This document shows positions 10,079 through 20,765 of a stretch of 64,000 nucleotides of DNA, in pieces. Position numbers and translations under genes: made by a program. A model generated the notes under the pieces. That model worked only from the letters and a program-made list of their open reading frames with translations. It had not been told where the DNA came from and did no database searches. The stretch is from Fibrobacteria bacterium. GTDB taxonomy: Bacteria > Fibrobacterota > Chitinivibrionia > Chitinivibrionales > FEN-1185. Within the stretch, counting starts at the first letter, position 1, and each line of letters starts with the position of its first letter. The stretch is from NCBI GenBank assembly GCA_037447435.1, contig JBBIGR010000026.1, forward strand, positions 1 to 64,000, given 5' to 3'.

Positions 10079-11545
10079 CTATCTCGTTATAAAAACGCGT
10101 TGACAAATACTCTTGGTCCCGAAGGTAGTCTTTGCAATATAGCTACCGTTCGGAACTGTTGCAATGTTCCAGGTTGCCCGTCCCTGTTCTATGTCTAAAA
10201 TCCTTATAAGAGACCCGTTGTAATTGAATATGTCAAGCTGAACAATTGTGTTGTCCGTACCGCTTAATACGGTTGGTAACGCGAATTCAATACGGTCGCC
10301 GATGTTCTTTGTCGACATCGCATTGGCTGTTTCGTCCCTATAATTTTTCCCTTTTGCCCGGTTTACCGTTACGGTTGCCGTTTCGTAGGCGCCGATGTCC
10401 GTTGAGGTGCCCTGCGGTCGAGGGACGCCATCGAAATCCGAATCGAATGGCGTGCCGACGTTGTATCCTTTGTTAATTGCAGGTGAGTTTGAGCTCAAAT
10501 GGAAATTGTCGGCGCTCACGTCGACAAATAGCGGGTCTGCGGCAAACGAGTGGGTGCCCTCGTCGTCTGAATCCTTTTGTGGGAAATACATATTGTAATC
10601 GATTGTGTCGCCGTTTGCCGGCCAAATGGCATCTTTGATGTCCCAATTGGAAAAATAGATGATGTTGTTGACTGCTACATTCGTACCATGACCGGAATTG
10701 AATAGTATTGCGGAGCAATGGGACGATCCGGTTCCTTCTGCGTAAAAAGTGTTGTTATATACATGCACATGATTCGTACCGTCTCCGGTGAAAATGCCGG
10801 AGCGCTCGGCACCTTTGCGCATAATAAAGACGTTGTTGTAGATCCAGATGTTGTATGGTGAGGGGGTGTGGTAGTGGTTTATCGCGGGGCCGCCGTAATT
10901 GTCTCTGAAAATATTGTTTCGTATGGTTATATCGTGCGAGCCTGCAGCATTGTAAAGCGCATGGTCGTAGGCTGTCTGGGTAAGGCTGCGTCCCATACGC
11001 TCGAATATGCAATTCTCTATTGTAACATGAGAGCAGCTTTTGGGCGTTATGGCTCCGACTTCCACGGCAAGAATGTCGTGCAGGTAACAATTGCGAAATA
11101 CCAAACCGCGGGCGCCGCCGTCGGGCATGAATGCCCATTGCGTATAGTTGGTAACTTCAAACCCCTCGAAAACCGCGTAGTTGCCCGTTATTGTTAAAAG
11201 CCAATTGGCTCCATTGCCGTTAAAAACCGGCACTTCACTTAAATAGGGCTTCACGACAAGGGGCTTTGCGGCGTTGCCCTCAGCGGTCCATTGAATGTTT
11301 GAATCACCCCAATAATTTCCGCCGCGCATAAATAAAGTATCACCGCTTCCCATGTTCTGATTTGCCTTTGAAAGCGTTTTCCATGGTGCTGAAAAAGTTC
11401 CGGAAGCATTGTCGGAGCCGGTGGGGGAAAGAAAATGAGCGGTAGCGTAAAGGGGTGTAGCAAACCTGAGGCAAATCATTAGCCAAAGAATCAAAGGCTT
11501 ACTTCCGTGACGGGCGACTGAATCCGTTATTTCCCGCTTTTTCAT
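10079..11545 (-). CDS. Secreted right-handed beta-helix protein (pectin-lyase-like fold, choice-of-anchor Q-like) with T9SS-like tail
   Basis: LSPTGSDNASGTFSAPWKTL start, repeated (I/V)xNNxF turns, SPAINKG...DFDGVPRPQG...DIGAYE. Confidence 0.75.
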   Translation of the reverse strand: MKKREITDSVARHGSKPLILWLMICLRFATPLYATAHFLSPTGSDNASGTFSAPWKTLSKANQNMGSGDTLFMRGGNYWGDSNIQWTAEGNAAKPLVVKPYLSEVPVFNGNGANWLLTITGNYAVFEGFEVTNYTQWAFMPDGGARGLVFRNCYLHDILAVEVGAITPKSCSHVTIENCIFERMGRSLTQTAYDHALYNAAGSHDITIRNNIFRDNYGGPAINHYHTPSPYNIWIYNNVFIMRKGAERSGIFTGDGTNHVHVYNNTFYAEGTGSSHCSAILFNSGHGTNVAVNNIIYFSNWDIKDAIWPANGDTIDYNMYFPQKDSDDEGTHSFAADPLFVDVSADNFHLSSNSPAINKGYNVGTPFDSDFDGVPRPQGTSTDIGAYETATVTVNRAKGKNYRDETANAMSTKNIGDRIEFALPTVLSGTDNTIVQLDIFNYNGSLIRILDIEQGRATWNIATVPNGSYIAKTTFGTKSICQRVFITR

Positions 11546-11619
11546 ATTTCACTTCCTTTAGCTGTTTGCCTGGTTGGTCAAAGGTTATAAGGAGTAATTT
11601 ACGAAATAATTTTTAATAT

Positions 11620-11723
11620 TTCACATTTAATTGGAAACATTTTAACTTTTTTATGGTAAAATAATGTTAAATTAAATGTATTTATGGTTTATTGTAAAAT
11701 ATGTTCCAAATTTATTGGAAACA
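11620..11723. promoter_or_regulatory. Pair of motif-A sites upstream of the beta-helix gene
   Basis: TGGAAACA at 11632 and 11716, 84 bp apart; TTCCA-N7-TGGAA at 11704-11720; GTAAAATAATG at 11656. Confidence 0.55.
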
Positions 11724-11780
11724 ATACTGGGAGGTCTTAGAAATATTGAAAGCTTAATTCGCATGCCACATTATATGGGT

Positions 11781-13022
11781 TTAAAACGCAAACGGATCAG
11801 CGCCATTTATTCCGATATCATCGATCCAGATTTCAGTTGAATCGTAAATCGTGAATGCGAGCATTTCCATTTGTGCGGCAAGTTGTTTCCAATGCAAATT
11901 GGCTGTATTAAATGGAGCGACATCCGGAATCCATGAATCATCGGTGTTGAGAACAAATGTTTGCCACTGCGGGGTTAAGGTGATTTCTTTTTCAAGGTCG
12001 CGTACTGCGCCGAATTGCGCCCTAAACGGAACCGAAAAAAAACGTACCGTAATCTTGCCGCTCCCTTTGGCCCTGAATTGCAATGATTGCATGGGCGATA
12101 GATTGGCAAAAGTGTTTTTACCCGATCGGTCACTGGTGAGATCGAGGCCGAAACTGACGTTATTGTGAAACCCCGTATCTGCTTTGCCAATAATATGCAA
12201 AACCGTGCTCAGACCATCGGTAACGTGTCCGCTGTCTGGAATTGTCGGGGCGATGCTGCTTACTCCTGCTCCGTTGACCCACGTAATCCAGTTTGCGCGT
12301 CGCGTCCAGGCTGCAAACGGCCTATTTACTCCGGTTTTTTCAAAATCATCGAGCACAAATTCGGCTCCGGTGTCAAGCCGAATGGAAAATGTGGTGTCTT
12401 TGTCGGGCATATCGATTATCAAATGGCGAAGCGGGACAACGTCGTTATATACCGTCAATACTTGCAAACCCCTGGGAACCGGGGTAAGGGTAAAATTGGT
12501 TCCGGTTCCGGTTATCGTGTCTGCAAGGCTCGTTCCCCGGAGCGTTGCGTATGGTGATTGCGTTGACGAAGGAATTCCCGAAATCGTCCCGTTTATCGAT
12601 AATCCGGGTTTAAGGGTGTCCTGCAACGTGACCGTTACTTTCGAAGAGTCGAGTAAAAACAATCGGTTCGATGCAATTGCTATCGCGTTGCCCGCACTGT
12701 TCTGCATGCTTAACAAATAATTACCCATGGGCATAACTATTGGAGAAAGCTCGAAGCGTCCCGCTTCATCAAGCGCAAAAACGAACCTTTTACGGAAAGA
12801 ATTTGTTTGGGTCCGGTCGCCGGCGATTTCGGATGAAATTGTCAATGCGATAGTGTCTACAAGTAGATTGACATCGGACAGAATAGTGCCGCGGATTGTA
12901 ACTTCCGCGGTAGATTCTCCGGCATCGCTTCCTTTGCCCGTTACCTGGGTTGAAGTGCAGGAAAGCGAGCACAGCACACTGAAAATGGTTGAAATGACTA
13001 TTGTCCGTATATTCCTATTCAT
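11781..13022 (-). CDS. Lipoprotein with C-terminal CBM11/CIA30-like carbohydrate-binding domain (partner of TIGR02147 gene 1)
   Basis: Lipobox LCSLSC; VLDDFE...NLSPMQSLQFRAKGSGKITVRF...ITLTPQWQTF...IWIDDI. Start overlaps the upstream stop by 8 nt. Confidence 0.7.
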   Translation of the reverse strand: MNRNIRTIVISTIFSVLCSLSCTSTQVTGKGSDAGESTAEVTIRGTILSDVNLLVDTIALTISSEIAGDRTQTNSFRKRFVFALDEAGRFELSPIVMPMGNYLLSMQNSAGNAIAIASNRLFLLDSSKVTVTLQDTLKPGLSINGTISGIPSSTQSPYATLRGTSLADTITGTGTNFTLTPVPRGLQVLTVYNDVVPLRHLIIDMPDKDTTFSIRLDTGAEFVLDDFEKTGVNRPFAAWTRRANWITWVNGAGVSSIAPTIPDSGHVTDGLSTVLHIIGKADTGFHNNVSFGLDLTSDRSGKNTFANLSPMQSLQFRAKGSGKITVRFFSVPFRAQFGAVRDLEKEITLTPQWQTFVLNTDDSWIPDVAPFNTANLHWKQLAAQMEMLAFTIYDSTEIWIDDIGINGADPFAF

Positions 13023-13866
13023 CCGATGATCTCCCTTTGACTTTTGCGCGAGGCAACAACTGGAACCCGACATGGCATACGCGGTCGGGTGCATTGTCCT
13101 GCCATTGCAAAGCTAAAAGCTTTTGACGGAAAAGGCGTATTTCTTCACGAACTTTATCGAATCCTTGTTTACTTAAGGAAAGCGTGACCGAAGAATACGG
13201 CCGGTCTTCCGGATCAAGCGCGTCGAAAGCGTGTAAATCCAATTCAAGGTTTTTTTTATGAAACTGCGTCAACACGGTTGAATGTACTACCGGCGGTGTG
13301 GAAATCGTTTCTTCGGTGGAATGATACCTGCCGTCTTCCGTCTTGGCAAGAAAACCGGTTTCGACAAGATATTTAACCGCGCTTTTTACCTGTGATTCCT
13401 TGAGCGGCGGCATGAGCATTCGTGCCAATAGCCCGTAGTCTTCTTTAAAATCGACCATATCGACCAGGTCGCGCACAACGGGATAATACCATTTCGAAAA
13501 ATAACGGCTTTTCCGGTCGTCAAGAGTTTTTCCGCCGTGCACGGATCGTATCGACAGCAATTCAGTGAGAAAGCCGGCCTTTTTATCGGGGTTTTTCTCA
13601 TTGCAGAATCGGACTAGTGTTTCGAAATACCTCGAATCAATGACTTTAAGCCTGAGCGCACGGATAAAATTTTGTATGTACTTTGGGGAAAGCTTTCGTT
13701 GGCCGTTGATCACTCTGACGCAATACGCCGAACCTTCTATACCCGCATCTTTTAAAAAGATTCTGTGCGAGAATGCCGTATCGGTTTCTTTGCGCCAAGC
13801 GAAATAGGCACGCAGATAGTCGCGATATTCGAAAAAGGAAAAAACCGATGGCTCCTGCGCGATCAT
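13015..13866 (-). CDS. TIGR02147 family protein (N-terminal HTH-like region, DUF4423), paralog 1
   Basis: SVFSFFEYRDYLRAYF, FSHRIF..AGI..SAY...VINGQRKLS, YFSKWYYPVVRDL, RPYSSVTLSLS, VCHVGFQLLP. Confidence 0.88.
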   Translation of the reverse strand: MIAQEPSVFSFFEYRDYLRAYFAWRKETDTAFSHRIFLKDAGIEGSAYCVRVINGQRKLSPKYIQNFIRALRLKVIDSRYFETLVRFCNEKNPDKKAGFLTELLSIRSVHGGKTLDDRKSRYFSKWYYPVVRDLVDMVDFKEDYGLLARMLMPPLKESQVKSAVKYLVETGFLAKTEDGRYHSTEETISTPPVVHSTVLTQFHKKNLELDLHAFDALDPEDRPYSSVTLSLSKQGFDKVREEIRLFRQKLLALQWQDNAPDRVCHVGFQLLPRAKVKGRSSDE

Positions 13867-14219
13867 TATTTTCCCGTCGTTTGTTGCATACTCATTGTTT
13901 TGTTTCCATTTTTTTAAGCGTATACACACTTTATTATAGTTGAATTTAGAAAAATATCCAATAAAAATTATGAATTACTAAAAATATTTGTTTCCATATA
14001 TAATGTATATGTCTAAAACTTATATGAGGTACTGGGCAATTTATTATCAATAAAATTTCAACCTGTAAATGATTTTTTAACAAAATCAAGGCATTTTACC
14101 GTAAACCCCGTATATTTATAAAAGCCTGTGTACAAAATAAAGCTTAAGCGATTAACCAAAAGTGATGTCTTTGAAGGGGGAAAATTGTGAATTATTCATG
14201 CACGAACAGGTTCAATACT

Positions 14220-15905
14220 ATGTACGATCGACACAATATCGGTATAGCACTTATCATCCACCTGATAATTTGTATGAATGTGTTTAGCGCAACGTTTACC
14301 GTAAATTCCGCAAGTACGTTTTCGGCAGCTCAAAATAATGCCGTGGCCGGCGATGTGATCGTTTGGACAAATGGAACATATTCGGGAGTTGGCTTAACAC
14401 TCAACAAAAAGGGCATTACCCTTAAACCTGAAAAGGCCGGCGGCGTCATTTTCAATGGAAATTCGAGCGTCGTAATCAGCGGCAGTAACATCACCGTCGC
14501 CGATTTACAATATGTAAACTGCGCCAACACCGGTTCGTCGCCATGCATAAACATTACAGGAAGCAATAACACGCTTGCCGGAATAAATATGAATACCTGT
14601 AGTTCTTATAATTATGTAAAGGTGACCGCCGGAGCCCAATACAATGAGATTTCGAATTGCAATTTTCAAAACAAACCGGAAAATGCACCCAACAACAGCT
14701 TGATCGCGATTGACGAATCCGCAACGGTCCCCAATTATACTAAAATGCGGTATTGTTCATTTCAGCATTGTCCAGGTCCCGGCGGGGACTACGGAAATGA
14801 ACCGATACGGATCGGGCTGCGAGGCGGCTGCGTGTCACGATGCATCATTGAATATTGCTACTTTACCGATTTGGGAGGTTCTGACAATGAAACAATTTCC
14901 AATAAGGCTCTTGAAGATGTGGTCAGGTATTGCACTTTCGATAAGAATCCCTCGGCAGAGATAAGCCTTCGCCACGGAGGAAGGAATCAAATTTACGGTA
15001 ATTTTTTCATTAACAATTCAAAGGGCGTCGTCGTAAAGGAAGGCGACGGAAACATCATTTACAACAATTATTTCAGCACCTCATCTTTTGAACCGATAGT
15101 AATGGCTGTGGGCAATCCTTTATATTCGGTAACGCCGAACAATGCGTCCATAATCCATAACACGTTCTACAATTGCAAAACATCGGACGTGACAAATACG
15201 GTTTGCAAAAACACGAAATTTTTCGACAATATTTTTTACAATTCTCCGGTGAACGGAACCAACGGCAATGTGAGTTATATCGGGAATATCATTTCAGGAA
15301 GCTTTGGCATTTCTCTGCCATCGGGAAACAAAACCGCTGATCCGAAATTCACATTAAACGGCGACGGCTATTACTATTTAGGCGCGGGTAGTCCGGCCAT
15401 CGATGCGGCAAGTGCCGGATATTCTATTCCCGATATCGACAGCCTCGATGAAGATTTCAGAATTGGAAAGGATATAAGCGGAAAGACAAGGCCCGATTAG
15501 ATACAATTAAAAGATGTCGGCTGTTCTGAATATGGCGCGACAGGAACCGTTGTCAATAAACCATTAACCTTAAACGATGTCGGCCCGCTTTATTTACGTG
15601 TAGGACAAACGCAATCGATTAAAAATCCTGTTTTTAAAGGCACCGCGTTCGGTCTTTCATTGAACGTAAATCCGATTTCCCGCAAAGTCGATATTTCTTA
15701 TACCCTTTCAAAAGCATCGGTCGTCCAATTGAAGATCTTCAATGCACAAGGCCAGGCAGTCAAAATGTTGATTGATAAAGAAAAACAAAATGCCGGCCTG
15801 CATTCATATTCGTTTACTATGGCCGGACTTGGCAACAAGGTCTGTTTTGCCCGTTTTTCGGATGGGCTAAAAACGGAAACAGTCAAAGTTGTGACGGCAG
15901 AATAA
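14220..15905 (+). pseudogene. PL6-like (chondroitinase B/alginate lyase) beta-helix lyase with T9SS-like tail, interrupted by an in-frame TAG at 15498-15500
   Basis: AGDVIVWTNGTY, GNEPIRIG, ETISNK, ISLRHG motifs. The frame stays open after TAG (IQLKDVGCSEYG...PLTLNDVGP) into ORF 15660..15905. Confidence 0.8.
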
Positions 15906-16002
15906 TATCAAACGGTTATTTTCAAAGTCTTAACAATATCCGCAAAATGCCGCTGGAAAGATATTCCCCTGGGAACAACGGTGAGGTTGCGTAAATATTT
16001 GC

Positions 16003-16036
16003 AATAGGCAGTATTCAAGAATATATACTGCCTATT
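16003..16036. other. 12-bp inverted repeat (terminator or operator)
   Basis: AATAGGCAGTAT-N10-ATACTGCCTATT between the PL6-like gene and the 16129 gene. Confidence 0.5.
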
Positions 16037-16128
16037 AATTTGATCATACATTTCAGGCTCAAATCCACGGTGCTTTCGGGTAAATTCTTCCTAGGTCCTT
16101 CCCAAATTCTATATGTAAGGATGGTTTT

Positions 16129-19062
16129 ATGCAGGTTAAACAGCATAGTATAGGGCTAATTCTTTTTCTGTTTGTTACTTTTATTGCAAATGCCGCCCCG
16201 AACTGGCAGTTGATTCAGTCATCGTATCCGACAATAGATCCCGTTGTGTCGGCGTATAATCTAAAAGACTTCGGCGCAACCGGCGACGGCGTGACCGATG
16301 TAACCGGATTGGTTCAAACCCTCATCGATTCTTTAGGGAAATTGGGCGGGGGCACTGTATTTTTGCCTGAAGGCAAATACGTGTTCCGCGGTAATATTAC
16401 TATCCGAAAAGGGATTACCTTGCGCGGGGAATGGAGCAAACCGGTAAAAGGGCAGCCGATTAAAGGCACGATCATAATGGCGTACGCGGGACGCGGCAGC
16501 GAGACTGCAACGCCTTTCATTACAATGGAAACGTCGGCGGCGGTACGGGATCTCGCTTTTTGGTATCCGGAACAATTACCGGGGAGCATCACGCCGTATC
16601 CGCCGACAATACAATTCGGGGAGCCGAATTATTTCGGCAATGAATTCTGCAACGCCAAGAATATTACATTGGTCAATGCCTATTCCGGCGTCATATTTTC
16701 CAGGACAAACGGCGGGACCTGTCCCGTCATCAACGGGATTTACGGCACGCCGCTTTCACGCGGTGTTGAAATAGACAATATTTCGGATGTCGGGAGGATT
16801 GAATGGATAGATTTTTCCCCTCAATACTGGTCCGGGTCCGGCTTGGCCAGCGCCCCTGCCGCGGGCAGCGCGTTCGAGACATGGATTTATCAGAACGGTA
16901 CCGGCATCGTTATGCGGAGAAACGACTGGTCGTACGTCTGCTACGTCAACATCGAAGGATATAACAGGGGAGAATATGTCGCGCCTTCTATAGCAAGTCC
17001 CGGCGCGGTAGCCAACGGGCATCAATTCGGAATGACTTTTACGCATTGCAAAACAGGGTTATATCTCGAAGTCGTCAGCGGCAACGGCATCATGTTCACC
17101 CAGGTGAATACCGTCGGTTGCGATACCGGGTTTGTCGTGGGCCCGAACACCTCCGGCGGGGTCCAATTTCACACCTGCACCGTAAACGCAAATATCAACG
17201 CCGTTGCCGTCAATGCGTCTTCGTCGTCTCGGTTCATGATGCAGCAATGCACCTTTTCTAAAGGCGCAGTTAAAATTTTAGGCGGCACGTTTACCGCGGT
17301 CGATTGCGATTTTAACAACGATGCGCCTCAAATCGCTTTTGCAACGAACGGACGGGGCATCATAACGGGAAACCGTTTTAAAACTCCCGTTCAGATTCAA
17401 AACAATTCTCAGTGGACATGCGCGATCGATCATACGCCAGCGACGGAAAAGAAATTACCCTCTTTTCCAATAATAATCCCAACCAGTCATAAACCCGCAA
17501 AAATGGTCATGTACAACGCGGCAAATGCGCCGTATAGCGCGAAAAACGACGGTACAACCGACAATACGTCAGCAATTCAAAATGCTCTCAATCAGGCTGC
17601 CACGGACGGCGGCGGAGTCGTGTTTTTACCGCCTGGAAAGTACAAAGTTGCGGGTAATCTTGTTGTACCGACCGGAGTGGAACTCATGGGATCTTCGGAT
17701 GTCAGTACTGCGCCGTCGGGGCCGGGCAGCATTTTGGAAGTATATGCAGGAAGAGGCAACCCGTCCGCCTCCCCGTTTATCAAGGTTTCCGCCAACAGCG
17801 GCCTTCGCGGTCTCACGTTCGATTATCCTGAACAAAACACGACGCAGCTCCCGAACATCGGCATATACCCCTACCTTATTCAAGTGACCGGAAGTAATGC
17901 CTATATCATTAATGTGGGGATGCGTATGACGTATAGCGGCATCGATCTGTTCACTTACAAATGCGACAATCATTTCGTCGATTATGTCACCGGCCATGCG
18001 TTTAAAACAGCCATAAAAGCGGGTGGCAATTCGACCGGGGGCCAGGTAAATAATTTGCAATTCAATTTAAGCTATGTTTCCGCCGGAAGCGAGTCGAAAT
18101 GGGGAAGCTGGCCGAATTCTCCCGAATCGGGCGGCGGCGCCGCGTTTTCCTATGCAGACGCGAATTTGGATTTCATGGTGTTCGGCGCCTGTCAGAATGA
18201 AATACTATACAACGATTTCGGTTACGGTGCGCAGCGCGGAATAGCGCTGATTTCCGAAAACGGAACAGGCCCGACAGGAATGGCCCTCGGACAAGGAATC
18301 GACGGTTGCAGGCGTTCGGTTTGCATAGAAGCAACAGGCACGACGGGCTTCGATTTTATAAACTCGCAAATCGTATCGCTTGGAGGCACTGCAAATTGCG
18401 ATTACATAGAAACAACCGGTCCTACCGCACTCTCTACTTTTTTCAGTTCCGACTATTGGGGCCAACCGGGATACAGCATTAACATGAACGGCGGGACACT
18501 GAATTTCCAATTAGCCGGTTTTTTTCAGAACGGCACGCAGGGATTTGCAACGGTAAAGGCCGGTGCACTTGCCTTCGACAATTCGGCGATATGGCCGGCA
18601 GGTACCTTGCTCAACAGCGGTGCGGAGCCGAAATTTTCAGCACGATCCTCGGTCCTCGACCCATCGGGAATCAATAAAAGCAACTGTGCGGCATGGGTTA
18701 ATAATCTTGAAAACAATCCCGCAAAAGTCGGCTTGAACCGGGCAGATGAAATTTCCCAAAAAATAATTCGGCTCGTGGGAGTGTTTCAAAACGCAATGAA
18801 ATCCGCAGCAAAAATCGAATATGAATTGCCGGACGATTTTACGGGAATCGAGAAAATCCAGTTTGCGATATACGATGTAACCGGAAAAATGGTTTGGAAA
18901 CAAATACAGTCCAATGGATTCAAATCCGGAAAAAATTTCTGCCGTGTCGATCTGGCAAAGGTTCGCGCATCGGGGTATGGTGTTTTACAAATGCGAGTGA
19001 TCCGCTCTGGCGAAGCGGCACAGGAAAATTTAAGCAAGCACTTTTTATTGCTGGCCCGCTGA
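16129..19062 (+). CDS. Secreted glycoside hydrolase with two pectate_lyase_3-type beta-helix domains (GH55/GH87-like architecture) and T9SS-like tail
   Basis: Two repeats, DFGATGDGVTD...GGTVFLPEGKY and AKNDGTTDNTSAIQNAL...GGVVFLPPGKY; IYDVTGKMV tail. Confidence 0.7.
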   Translation: MQVKQHSIGLILFLFVTFIANAAPNWQLIQSSYPTIDPVVSAYNLKDFGATGDGVTDVTGLVQTLIDSLGKLGGGTVFLPEGKYVFRGNITIRKGITLRGEWSKPVKGQPIKGTIIMAYAGRGSETATPFITMETSAAVRDLAFWYPEQLPGSITPYPPTIQFGEPNYFGNEFCNAKNITLVNAYSGVIFSRTNGGTCPVINGIYGTPLSRGVEIDNISDVGRIEWIDFSPQYWSGSGLASAPAAGSAFETWIYQNGTGIVMRRNDWSYVCYVNIEGYNRGEYVAPSIASPGAVANGHQFGMTFTHCKTGLYLEVVSGNGIMFTQVNTVGCDTGFVVGPNTSGGVQFHTCTVNANINAVAVNASSSSRFMMQQCTFSKGAVKILGGTFTAVDCDFNNDAPQIAFATNGRGIITGNRFKTPVQIQNNSQWTCAIDHTPATEKKLPSFPIIIPTSHKPAKMVMYNAANAPYSAKNDGTTDNTSAIQNALNQAATDGGGVVFLPPGKYKVAGNLVVPTGVELMGSSDVSTAPSGPGSILEVYAGRGNPSASPFIKVSANSGLRGLTFDYPEQNTTQLPNIGIYPYLIQVTGSNAYIINVGMRMTYSGIDLFTYKCDNHFVDYVTGHAFKTAIKAGGNSTGGQVNNLQFNLSYVSAGSESKWGSWPNSPESGGGAAFSYADANLDFMVFGACQNEILYNDFGYGAQRGIALISENGTGPTGMALGQGIDGCRRSVCIEATGTTGFDFINSQIVSLGGTANCDYIETTGPTALSTFFSSDYWGQPGYSINMNGGTLNFQLAGFFQNGTQGFATVKAGALAFDNSAIWPAGTLLNSGAEPKFSARSSVLDPSGINKSNCAAWVNNLENNPAKVGLNRADEISQKIIRLVGVFQNAMKSAAKIEYELPDDFTGIEKIQFAIYDVTGKMVWKQIQSNGFKSGKNFCRVDLAKVRASGYGVLQMRVIRSGEAAQENLSKHFLLLAR

Positions 19063-19122
19063 AATTGCCGATTAAGAACGTAAAAGTAAATTTGCATTAC
19101 TTGTTTTAAGGGGGACTCTTTT

Positions 19123-20697
19123 ATGAGAATGTTGCGGCCTTTTCCGTTTGTATTTATGTTATCTTTTGTCATGAGTCTGGTTCTTGTTCCTGTTTTATTT
19201 TCCGCACAGGGAGCCGGCCCCAAGGGGACAGTCGTTCATTTTACTGTCCCGCATCTTCCTAATAGTCCAGGGATGACTCAGGACGGTCAATATTACTGTT
19301 GGCTTCCCGAAGGCACGGGCCCTTACCGCGCAATCATTTGCCATTTGCACGGCTGCGGCATGGATGGTACGGCCCCGTCGTTCATGAACGATGTCGGGTG
19401 GACCTCGCTTGCTAAAAAGTATCATGCAATCCTGATTGCACCTCAGTACTGCACGTGCGGCGACGCGATCGCCTGCCGCAATTGGTGTTATCCGGATCAG
19501 GGCAAGTCTCATTTAAATTGGGTCGCCGCGGTCGATACGCTTGCAAAGCGGACCAGCCATTCTGAAATCAGCACTATTCCTTGGTGCCTCTGGGGGCATT
19601 CCGGCGGCTCATGGTGGGCTGGAGTAGTAACCGACAAGTACCCGGAACGAACCTGCGCCTGTGTACAAAAATCCTATTGCACAAACATGACCAACCCGCT
19701 ATCGTACAAAGTTCTTGTTTTGCATCAGGACGGCGGTCCGCGGGATGTTGTTCAGGATGACGCCTGTTTTGCCGACGGACGAAGCCATAATGCTTTCTGG
19801 GCGCATAGTGTCGACCCCGGCACCGGTCATGATTGTGCCAACTCGCGCGAACTTGCCATTCCATGGTTTGATATGGCGATGGCTATGCGGCTGCCCGATT
19901 CGGCCGGTGGTCCTGCATCGAAGATGAAACCGGTTGATACAACGAGCGAATGGTTCGGTGACATGGGTTCCCACAATATCGCGCCGCTTCCATCGTTTAC
20001 AGGTAATAAAAACAACGCAAGCTGGTTCCCGAACAGCCGGATGGCCAGGTTATGGCGCACTTACAGTATCACGCCGAGCGGAGCGGGTCAAGTGAAAGAC
20101 TCTACACCACCGCCCAAACCATATAATGTGACCGGGACCTATTCCAATAATTCGATAGTCTTAAACTGGGACTGCGATGCAGATCTCGAAACCGGCATCA
20201 AGACATTCAATGTTTACCGTAATGGCACATTATTGAAAACCATGACCTACACCGGATCGTCCGGCTATCTCGGCACACCAGGATTTCAGGAGTATGGCTT
20301 TGGCGATGATCCAAACCCGAATCCTGCTCCTGCGATGACCTATACCGATGCAACGGTTTCGGGAACCGGGATCTACTCATACCAGGTAAGCTGCATCAAT
20401 TTTTCGAGCCTCGAGGGAATGAAAAGCGACTCTATCGTATTGAAGAACTGCCAGGTAACGGTAATCAATACCTCCCGGATCCAGGCATCGGCGCCTTTCG
20501 CGCTCGTTTCGCGCTGCTGGAACCTTGACAACGGCAAGATCAGTCTCAGAGCCGGCCTTGTTGATATGTACGATATTCGCGGACGGCAACTGAAAACCGT
20601 TGCTCTTACGGCCGATGGCTTGATTGACCTGAGATCGCTTCTTGGAGCCTCGGCGGCCGAGAAGGTAATTGTGGTGAAGAATCGAGCCATGTACTAA
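19123..20697 (+). CDS. Secreted alpha/beta-hydrolase (esterase-like) with FN3-like domain and T9SS-like tail
   Basis: HLHGCG oxyanion segment, WGHSGG nucleophile elbow, PGTGH, FN3-like LNWD...FNVYRNG...YSYQVS. Confidence 0.65.
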   Translation: MRMLRPFPFVFMLSFVMSLVLVPVLFSAQGAGPKGTVVHFTVPHLPNSPGMTQDGQYYCWLPEGTGPYRAIICHLHGCGMDGTAPSFMNDVGWTSLAKKYHAILIAPQYCTCGDAIACRNWCYPDQGKSHLNWVAAVDTLAKRTSHSEISTIPWCLWGHSGGSWWAGVVTDKYPERTCACVQKSYCTNMTNPLSYKVLVLHQDGGPRDVVQDDACFADGRSHNAFWAHSVDPGTGHDCANSRELAIPWFDMAMAMRLPDSAGGPASKMKPVDTTSEWFGDMGSHNIAPLPSFTGNKNNASWFPNSRMARLWRTYSITPSGAGQVKDSTPPPKPYNVTGTYSNNSIVLNWDCDADLETGIKTFNVYRNGTLLKTMTYTGSSGYLGTPGFQEYGFGDDPNPNPAPAMTYTDATVSGTGIYSYQVSCINFSSLEGMKSDSIVLKNCQVTVINTSRIQASAPFALVSRCWNLDNGKISLRAGLVDMYDIRGRQLKTVALTADGLIDLRSLLGASAAEKVIVVKNRAMY

Positions 20698-20765
20698 ACA
20701 ATCATAAGTATAAGCACAATCCAGCTTATTCTCATACCCCCTCACGCCTGGCCTCTCTCTTTTCC

